56,967 bases of DNA from an uncultured Opitutaceae bacterium (GTDB taxonomy: Bacteria > Verrucomicrobiota > Verrucomicrobiia > Opitutales > Opitutaceae). The position numbers and the translations under genes were made by a program. This document shows, piece by piece, positions 43,201 to 49,364 of the stretch. The notes beneath the pieces are model-generated. The model worked only from the letters and a program-made list of their open reading frames with translations. It was not told where the DNA came from and searched no databases. The stretch lies in assembly GCA_937942145.1 (NCBI GenBank), contig CALDFV010000007.1, positions 1 through 56,967 of the forward strand, given 5' to 3'. Position 1 is the stretch's first letter, and each line of letters opens with the position of its first letter.

Positions 43201-44119
43201 CAAGCAATGGATTAAAGTCCAGCCCACCCCAGCTACTATTAATGATATGGGCTCCTTGCTCTCGGGCATAGTTGATACACTCAATCGCATCCGCGTCGGA
43301 TCCTTCTCCTTGAGAATCGAGGAATTTGAGTCCCATCAATTTCACATTCCACGCTACTCCGGTGATTCCGACGCCATTATTGCCAACCGCTCCAACGATC
43401 CCCGCAACGTGAGTCCCATGACCTAGATCATCCATAGGATCCCCTTCTGTCTCCGGCGTCCTTTCACCATTCACTCCGACGGTATTGATGCCGTGAACGT
43501 CATCGATGTAGCCGTTATTATCATCATCCAGACCATTCCCCGCAATCTCTCCCGGGTTCACCCACATGTTTGCCGCTAAGTCCTCGTGCGTATAGCGGAT
43601 TCCCGAATCCAGGACCGCCACAAGTACTCCAGACGCATCATTCGCAATCTCCCAGGCTTCCTCCGCACTCACGTCGGATCCTTCAATCCCGCCCAACTGG
43701 CCCGCATTATCGATACCCCATTGCTTGCCATCTCCTAGCAGAGGATCATTGGGGAGCACCGAAGCCGAGCGGATATAATTGTACGAAACACGCTCCACCA
43801 AGCCCGACTTCTTGTATGCGGCGATGGCGGACTCCAGGCTGCCGTCTTCGTCGAGGGCAACCAAGGCGAGGTTCGGAAAGGTGGAATAGGTCTGTTTCAG
43901 CTTGGTACCCGCGACCTTGTGAGTGCTGCTCAAGACCGAGAGTTTTCCCCCAGCCGATTGAGGCAATATCAGGTCTTCCCTCATTTTTACCAGAAATTCC
44001 CCGGCCACAATCCTCCTGCCATAAGGGTCCAAGCCATCCTTGTCGCCGGCCCACACAAAAGCAGGCGCCAACAAAGCGAGCCAAAGAGCCCAAAGACCTT
44101 TGTATCTTAACTTACTCAA
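40238..44119 (-). CDS. Secreted multidomain S8 (subtilisin-like) serine peptidase
   Basis: Signal peptide, prodomain, catalytic VLDSG / GHGTH / GTSMA, three ~130-aa NDDF..WWxWT..SDFDT repeats, He_PIG-like and Ig-like domains, two C-terminal INIATR/VNISTR repeats. Confidence 0.92.
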   Translation of the reverse strand: MSKLRYKGLWALWLALLAPAFVWAGDKDGLDPYGRRIVAGEFLVKMREDLILPQSAGGKLSVLSSTHKVAGTKLKQTYSTFPNLALVALDEDGSLESAIAAYKKSGLVERVSYNYIRSASVLPNDPLLGDGKQWGIDNAGQLGGIEGSDVSAEEAWEIANDASGVLVAVLDSGIRYTHEDLAANMWVNPGEIAGNGLDDDNNGYIDDVHGINTVGVNGERTPETEGDPMDDLGHGTHVAGIVGAVGNNGVGITGVAWNVKLMGLKFLDSQGEGSDADAIECINYAREQGAHIINSSWGGLDFNPLLGDAIEEANEAGIYFVAAAGNESSNNDDQPNYPSSYAYPNVVSVTATDKRDGFATFANYGETEVELAAPGVGIHSTYFSSDTSYRALSGTSMATPFVSGAIALLLTQFPEEPMASILNRLYSSTDTLESLARRCRVGGRLNLARALQSETPAPLNDDFEDAFSVSNSYFILSGSNIIGSSEASEPLHDVNATGKSIWWNWTAVEGGFTEISTEGSDFNTVIVVYEGDSLDALQLVAKNRDESPNNNGAFVGFEASAGVSYRIAVDGLEGESGNVSLSLGQSVINDDFSSALEIGGINFRTTSENIAASRESGEPEHIKNAFGSKSVWWKWTAPLSGNVTVSTSASNSFDTILAVYTGDSLEDLQLVSSNDDDDRTGVWTSVLTFYAQEGSEYKIAVDGWNGSFGQIALTVAMAEHDDREDARRVYTDALDDISFTNQATKEIGEPSHGGDAVGQSLWWKWTSTRSGQAELTTFGSDFDTILAVYEGESLASLSLLGANDDSGGALSSRLALDVVAGGSYWVAVDGNDFRRDRSYGLARLNILVEEDASWVTPVIAEPEDPGFVAGEFVSFQIDANRNAISFAAEGLPAGLAIDPNTGAISGTPSQSGRFEVLIEATNAEGTGSYLYVLEVAPLPGSPVIMPLPIEMKGIEGSSLTLKVDVVDQTGVTYQWLKDEVVLSGTVEASVEISSIGSQDEGEYSVIVTNNNGSVLAGPVRVRMIREALINIATRGYVGVQSEIMIAGFIISGSSPRRVLIRGLGKSLEQRGLSGVLEDPRLAIYDIEGQEVARVDDWKQEDNGEEIEQVSLSVGAAPLAEPNESAILVTLDPGLYTAHLSGQDGGTGIGLVEVFDASSESIETRLVNISTRVKAAAGDQVAIGGFVITGEDPKRVLIRALGPELTKRQVSDPMPDPYMVLYDSSGPVAANDDWESEFTFQMREAFTQVGASQLDEESKDAAMVRELQPGLYTVIVNDFNYTSGIVLIEIFELP

Positions 44120-44138
44120 TTCGAACGGCTTATCTAGA

Positions 44139-45098
44139 TTATGCCCGAGGGTGAGCTCGGTCGTAAACGGCCTTCAGGCGACCCAGGTTCACGTGTGTGT
44201 AAATCTGGGTTGTCGAAAGCTTGGAATGTCCAAGGAGTTCCTGAACAAGCCTTAAATCGGCGCCGTTATCCAAAAGATGAGTTGCGTAGGAATGCCGAAT
44301 TTTGTGCGGGGTGATATCCATCGGGAGCTCCGCCAGTTTAAGGTACTTTTTTAGCAACAACTGGATCTGTCGAGAAGACCAGGGACGGCCCTGATTGCTC
44401 ACCACGACAATGTCCGAATAGCCCGTTTGGGGAGCATACTCGGATTTCCACGTTCGCAGAGCCGTCATGGCCACTTTTCCTAGCGGGCAAATCCGCGATT
44501 TACCCCCTTTACCCACGATTCGGGCAACTCCTTCCTCAAAACTAATATCGCCGTACTTCAGATTCACCAATTCGGATACTCGAAACCCCGCCCCGTAGAG
44601 TAGCTCGAGCACCATCCGATCCCGCCACGCAATGAAGGGCTCGATGATCTCCTGCTCCAGCAGCAACGTCGGTCCCCTTAAGAGACGGAGCACTTGCTGT
44701 TCGGTCAGGAATATCGGGAGCTTTTTGGCCGGCTTGGGCAAGATAAGCCCATCAAGCGGATTGCGGTCGAGCTTCCCCTGGCGAATCCAGAATTTGAAAA
44801 AGGTCTTCAGGCCGGAGACGTAATTCCGCAGCGTCACCCGGCTCACTCTTCTTTGCTCCTCAATCACGAAATCCCGGGCATCCCGAAGTCCAACTCCGCC
44901 TAACTTTCCATTCCAAGATCCAGCGGCCTCAAGATGGCCAAAAAATCGCCCAATCGCAGTCGAGTAGTTTCGGACCGTGTAGTCAGACAGTCGCCTCTCC
45001 TTGCTCAAGTGCTCCAAAAAAGGCGGCAACCATTCTTCCCGCCAGCGTTCCGGCGCTGCTTCGACTGTCGAATCCCTCGCTTTGCTTCGAGACGTCAC
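44139..45098 (-). CDS. xerC: Tyrosine recombinase XerC
   Basis: Catalytic R (GFRVSEL), GKGGK, HKIRHSYATH, LLGH and TTQIYTH; KKLP linker; housekeeping context. Confidence 0.85.
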   Translation of the reverse strand: MTSRSKARDSTVEAAPERWREEWLPPFLEHLSKERRLSDYTVRNYSTAIGRFFGHLEAAGSWNGKLGGVGLRDARDFVIEEQRRVSRVTLRNYVSGLKTFFKFWIRQGKLDRNPLDGLILPKPAKKLPIFLTEQQVLRLLRGPTLLLEQEIIEPFIAWRDRMVLELLYGAGFRVSELVNLKYGDISFEEGVARIVGKGGKSRICPLGKVAMTALRTWKSEYAPQTGYSDIVVVSNQGRPWSSRQIQLLLKKYLKLAELPMDITPHKIRHSYATHLLDNGADLRLVQELLGHSKLSTTQIYTHVNLGRLKAVYDRAHPRA

Positions 45099-45112
45099 TG
45101 CTTAGGAGCATT

Positions 45113-45781
45113 TCAGCTCGTCGGTTGGGTGGCAAGCGCTTCCGTCTCATACTGCACAGCGCGCGCGTAGCGCCTTAACGCCGATTCCGGATCTATGCCT
45201 TTTGATCGGCAAGCCGCCGCAACTTCGAAGAGCAACGCCCCCGCTGTTTCTTCATCCATCGAATCCGCCATTGTCTGGATCGATTCCCGATCCACGAGGG
45301 GACCCGTCGAAAGCTCCTTCTTTTGGATCTGCTTGAAGATATCCACGGCGAACATCAATGCCGGAAGAGAAGGAGGGAGATCTTTAAAAACCGAATCGGT
45401 TTGGGGCACGTTCTTCTTTTCTAAAGCCTTAATGGCGTCCCACTGATGGAGTACTTGATCTGAGGTATCAAGGGAACCCTCTCCGAATACATGCGGGTGG
45501 CGGCGTATCAGCTTATCGTTGATTTCACGAGCGACGGCTTCGAAATCGAAGTGCCCCGACTCTCTTGCCAATTGTGAATGGAAAACAACCTGCAAGAGCA
45601 CATCGCCCAGCTCTTCACGCATATGGTCCATGTCCAGCCGGTCGATTGTCTCCAACAGCTCGCTACACTCGTCCACCAAACACTCAGCAATGGACTGGTG
45701 GTCTTGCTCACGGTCCCAAGGGCATCCGTCTGGTGCCCGAAGCCGAGCCATCGTTTCTAAAAGTTCGTCTATTGCGCTCAC
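45113..45781 (-). CDS. mazG: MazG family nucleoside triphosphate pyrophosphohydrolase
   Basis: LRAPDGCPWDREQ, EELGDVLLQVVFH and KLIRRHPHVF motifs. Start probably GTG 45781 or ATG 45787. Confidence 0.9.
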   Translation of the reverse strand: MSAIDELLETMARLRAPDGCPWDREQDHQSIAECLVDECSELLETIDRLDMDHMREELGDVLLQVVFHSQLARESGHFDFEAVAREINDKLIRRHPHVFGEGSLDTSDQVLHQWDAIKALEKKNVPQTDSVFKDLPPSLPALMFAVDIFKQIQKKELSTGPLVDRESIQTMADSMDEETAGALLFEVAAACRSKGIDPESALRRYARAVQYETEALATQPTS

Positions 45782-45877
45782 AGCCATACATGTATCTGCG
45801 ATCCTAAAATCAGGGCAAATACAATCCTCGACAGTATGCGGCCGAACTTCCAACCTGACTTCCTCAATCAGACTGAA

Positions 45878-46669
45878 ATGGATAAGCTGACGGAAATAAT
45901 GAAATGGAAACGGCGGGAGATCGCTGCTGAGATTCGCGAGGTATCCGCAAACGAACTTGAATCGAGCCGAGGCGACTCAAACCCCGGACGGTTTCTAGAG
46001 GCGCTTCAAGGGCCGAAAGGGCTCGCCGTTATCGCAGAAATAAAGCGTCGCTCTCCATCAGCTGGTGAAATTAAAAAGTTAGCGGCCGCTACAGACCAGG
46101 CCGCAAAGTATGTCGAAGCCGGAGCAGATTGTTTGTCTATATTAACCGACAAGGAATATTTTGGAGGGTCTCTGGCCGACTTGAGATCGGTAACCGAACA
46201 GTTTAAACGCCAAGAGTTAAGTGTTCCCTGTCTGCGCAAAGACTTCATGGTTCACCCGATTCAAGTTCTCGAGGCCGCCCAAGCCGGGGCTTCGGCTATT
46301 TTGATTATTGTTCGAGCTCTTGCGGACGACGAAATGAAGGCGCTGCGCGAAGCAGCCGATCACGCTGGGCTAGACTCTCTCTACGAGATACACAGCGAGT
46401 CCGAGCTCGATCGGGCCGTCGCGCATAACGCCCGAATCATTGGCGTGAACAATCGGGACCTCGCGGTGTTCAAAACTGATCTTTCGTTTTCCGAAAGGCT
46501 TATCCCTCAGTTTCCGACGGACGTCGTGGCGGTTTCAGAAAGCGGAATCTGGAACCAGGAGGACGCCCGAAGAGCAAGAGCGGCGGGAGCGAAAGCCATT
46601 CTAGTCGGTGAGGCTTTGATGAAAGCCGATTCAACCAGCGACTTAATGCGGGCTTTTCATTCGGCTTAG
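45878..46669 (+). CDS. trpC: Indole-3-glycerol phosphate synthase
   Basis: IAEIKRRSPSAG, LRKDF, GVNNRDL, SESGI and LVGEALM motifs. Start ATG 45878. Confidence 0.95.
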   Translation: MDKLTEIMKWKRREIAAEIREVSANELESSRGDSNPGRFLEALQGPKGLAVIAEIKRRSPSAGEIKKLAAATDQAAKYVEAGADCLSILTDKEYFGGSLADLRSVTEQFKRQELSVPCLRKDFMVHPIQVLEAAQAGASAILIIVRALADDEMKALREAADHAGLDSLYEIHSESELDRAVAHNARIIGVNNRDLAVFKTDLSFSERLIPQFPTDVVAVSESGIWNQEDARRARAAGAKAILVGEALMKADSTSDLMRAFHSA

Positions 46670-46677
46670 ACCCACAC

Positions 46678-47517
46678 ATGTCTTCGCCCTTATCACCCAC
46701 TGAAACACGGGCCTTGCTGGAATCGCTGGGTCATCGTCCGGTCAAAAATCTTGGGCAGAATTTTCTTATTGATGGCAACATCGTCCGCAAGTCCCTAGAA
46801 CTCGCTAACATTGAGCCCGGTGATAACGTTATCGAAGTTGGGCCTGGCCTCGGGACTTTGACACAGGCACTCCTCGATGCGGGAGCGAATGTGTATTCAA
46901 TCGAAAAAGACAGGAGACTGGCGGAACATATCCGCAAGATGGAACTGTCCTCCAATGGCCAATTGAACCTTCTGGAAGGAGATGCCATGGATTTCCCTTT
47001 GGCCGGGCTTCCTGCTGACCTTTCCCATTTTAAGATCGTAGCCAATCTTCCCTACGCCATTTCGACTCCTTGGATGGAATCGATTATAAACGGCCCCACT
47101 CCCCAAAGTATGACCCTAATGCTCCAAAAGGAGGCGGCCCAGCGATTCGTAGCGGCATCCGGGACGAAACAATTTGGAAGCATTAGCATCTTTCTCCAAG
47201 CTGCTTTCGAGGCTTCCCAATCTCACAACGTAGCTGGAAGCTGCTTCTATCCGAAGCCAGATGTTGGCTCTTCTCTTCTCCATCTCAAAGTGAGAAAGGA
47301 CCCTTATAAATTTCCAAAATCGGATCGAACACTCATCCGCGACTTATTCAAACAGCGGCGAAAACAAATGGGATCCTTACTCCGAAAGTCATCTCACCCG
47401 AAAGCAAACGAGTGGTTAAAAATGCTCAATGGTCTTAGCATAGACCTCAAGACTCGTTCAGAGCAAATCGGCATCGATACCTGGATACGGCTGAGTCGCT
47501 CCCAGGAGAGTGTTTAG
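46678..47517 (+). CDS. rsmA: 16S rRNA m6(2)A1518/1519 dimethyltransferase
   Basis: LGQNFL, EVGPGLGTLT, ANLPY, MLQKE and FKQRRK motifs. Confidence 0.95.
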   Translation: MSSPLSPTETRALLESLGHRPVKNLGQNFLIDGNIVRKSLELANIEPGDNVIEVGPGLGTLTQALLDAGANVYSIEKDRRLAEHIRKMELSSNGQLNLLEGDAMDFPLAGLPADLSHFKIVANLPYAISTPWMESIINGPTPQSMTLMLQKEAAQRFVAASGTKQFGSISIFLQAAFEASQSHNVAGSCFYPKPDVGSSLLHLKVRKDPYKFPKSDRTLIRDLFKQRRKQMGSLLRKSSHPKANEWLKMLNGLSIDLKTRSEQIGIDTWIRLSRSQESV

Positions 47518-47547
47518 CAATTTGGTTTCCAGAAGCTTTCGAAAGGG

Positions 47548-47598
47548 TGCTAGGGCTGCTTATCCGTTCGGCTGAGCTCACGTCCGACGCCCTATGCA
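47548..47598. repeat. Palindromic element with an internal second repeat
   Basis: Arms TGC-TAGGGC / GCCCTA-T-GCA enclose CCGTTCGGCTGAGCTCACGTCCGAC. Confidence 0.5.
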
Positions 47599-47621
47599 AC
47601 CACCGCAATTCGTGAATCCAC

Positions 47622-47678
47622 AGCCGACTGAGGATTGGACTTCGGTAAGGCTACGACCGACACGTAGTCAGCCCTACC
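47622..47678 (-). repeat. GTAG REP-like element with a 32-nt insertion in its loop
   Basis: GGTAG-GGCTGACT-[32 nt]-CCTC-AGTCGGCT on the minus strand. Confidence 0.6.
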
Positions 47679-47740
47679 TCTGAACCAGAAAATTAACATT
47701 ACCGGACTCTCTCTAAGTGGCCAAGGCAGCCTTTAACCAA

Positions 47741-47935
47741 CTAGCGGCTCCAATTTCGCCTGTCTGCCGGCTCCGATTTGCCGCTCAATTTCAAGCTTCG
47801 AAGCAATCCGCCGTTCGCCAATAGCATCCATCTTTGACGTCGAGATCGATCCTGGTCTGAAATGTCTAGCAAGCGACGCAGCATGTTTTCACTGCGACTA
47901 TCCCTAACAATGATGTCTTTAAACCGTTTATCCAT
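47741..47935 (-). CDS. Hypothetical 64-aa basic protein, third gene of a putative lexA operon
   Basis: ATG 4 nt after the upstream stop, preceded by GGATAGGA; no recognisable motif. Confidence 0.45.
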   Translation of the reverse strand: MDKRFKDIIVRDSRSENMLRRLLDISDQDRSRRQRWMLLANGGLLRSLKLSGKSEPADRRNWSR

Positions 47936-47939
47936 AGTC

Positions 47940-48239
47940 CTATCCTATTAAATCGTATTTCTTTTCCAGATACGTAATCCAAACCCCCAGCTCCGAGACA
48001 TTCTTTTCCAAGCCATCCTCGTCTGTAATCTCCGGCAAGTTAAGCCTCTTACTGAGGCCATAAGAACCGGCACGTTCCGCAACTCTCGAGACCATCTGCT
48101 GACTCAAAACTTCCGACACAGCCTGGCAAGCTGCTCGACGACCATCAGTGGCGTCTGTCGAGCAATCGACAGAGCGCAACCGATAGCCCCCCATTCTCCC
48201 TCCATTCGGAGCCAGTGAGATCTCGCTGACTCCAATCAC
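47940..48239 (-). CDS. Hypothetical 99-aa protein coupled to lexA
   Basis: GTGA start/stop overlap with lexA; no recognisable motif. Confidence 0.55.
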   Translation of the reverse strand: MIGVSEISLAPNGGRMGGYRLRSVDCSTDATDGRRAACQAVSEVLSQQMVSRVAERAGSYGLSKRLNLPEITDEDGLEKNVSELGVWITYLEKKYDLIG

Positions 48240-48844
48240 TGGAATACCTTTCTGGTCAACGCCACCACAACGCCTTGCACAATAAGCTCCATCGCTGGAA
48301 TCAGGTCCGGATAAGCAGGATTCTCCGCCTTCAAGAACGGTCGCCCATTATCCAGTACAAAACGTTTTAACGTCGTTTCTCCATCGATCAGAGCCGCAAC
48401 CACATCCCCATCACGCGGCTCCTTGTACTCCAACACGACCACATCTCCCTCTTGAATGTGAGCCCCAATCATCGAATCTCCTCGAACGGTCAACGCGAAC
48501 GTCCGCGCCCCCTCCGAAAGGCCAATCGAAGAAAGATCTACCGCCACACCTCCCTCCGAGTGTTCCTCCTCAAACGTTGGCAAACCTGCTGGAATCGATC
48601 CAAGAAGCGGAACCTGACTGAACCGGTCGGAATTCACCGGAAGCAGGTCACCTGGCAAACGACGCAAACACCCTTTTCGCTCCAGCGCTTTCAAGTGATT
48701 AACGGCGGCCGTTTGACTCGCGAACCCAAAATGCCGCTGGATCTCTCGAGTCGACGGCACTTTCCCCTTTCCAGAACGCTCTTTCCGTACGAAATCGAGA
48801 ACCTCCCTCTGCCTTCGAGTAAGCGAATCCTTATTAGTGTTCAT
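48236..48844 (-). CDS. lexA: SOS repressor LexA
   Basis: LTRRQREVL, PSTREI, SQTAAVNHLKALERKG wHTH, Ala-Gly cleavage site (IPAG), catalytic Ser (GDSM) and Lys (TLKR). Start probably ATG 48844. Confidence 0.95.
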   Translation of the reverse strand: MNTNKDSLTRRQREVLDFVRKERSGKGKVPSTREIQRHFGFASQTAAVNHLKALERKGCLRRLPGDLLPVNSDRFSQVPLLGSIPAGLPTFEEEHSEGGVAVDLSSIGLSEGARTFALTVRGDSMIGAHIQEGDVVVLEYKEPRDGDVVAALIDGETTLKRFVLDNGRPFLKAENPAYPDLIPAMELIVQGVVVALTRKVFQ

Positions 48845-48850
48845 GAACAC
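48837..48850. promoter_or_regulatory. Perfect 14-bp palindrome over the lexA start codon (candidate LexA operator)
   Basis: GTGTTCATGAACAC; a TTGACA hexamer lies upstream on the minus strand at 48876-48881. Confidence 0.6.
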
Positions 48851-49205
48851 CATATGGATCAAATCTTCGAACCTCTGTCAAAGATCAAAACTCAAAAACT
48901 CTCATTTTCTTGAATAAACACCGCCTTAAAGCGCCAAATCAGGTGTGTTATATCCATTATGAACCAGATTGATCCCATTTCATTCCAGATTCTGGATACG
49001 TATATGCGCTTAGGTCTAGTCAATACGAGTATGTAATCCCTTAATTAGGCTAGGAGCAATCCCTAACTAAGGTAAACTGGATATCCGGATGCCAGCCAAA
49101 ATGCAAATTCAGACGACAAGACTGCAAGGAAGTGCTTGAAATCAAAGTGAAAGGCTCGTAAATCTAACAACATACAACATTTTCCCTCCCAACACACCCA
49201 CACCT

Positions 49206-49239
49206 GCCAGGCCGCTATTAATAGTGGCCTGGCCTTTTT
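49206..49239 (+). terminator. Orphan + strand intrinsic terminator
   Basis: GCCAGGCCGCTATTAATAGTGGCCTGGC palindrome followed by CTTTTT; both flanking genes are on the minus strand. Confidence 0.7.
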
Positions 49240-49364
49240 AATGATGTTGGCTTTCCGTGAGCCCGGCACCGTCTGCGCGGTTTTGGTCCCAACTGGCTTC
49301 AAGAACTGAAGCACGCTCCGATCGTTTTCAAACCGATCCCCTCTACTTAAGGGGGTAATCGAAA

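Noticed and set aside
44139-45098. Tyrosine recombinase as a phage or integron integrase
   Set aside because: XerC-like length and motifs, no IntI-specific insertion, housekeeping neighbours, and no tRNA or att duplication seen.
49069-49130. c-di-GMP-I riboswitch resemblance (GGTAAAC...GCAAA)
   Set aside because: No GAAA tetraloop or GACGCAAAG junction, no P1 closure and no downstream + strand gene.
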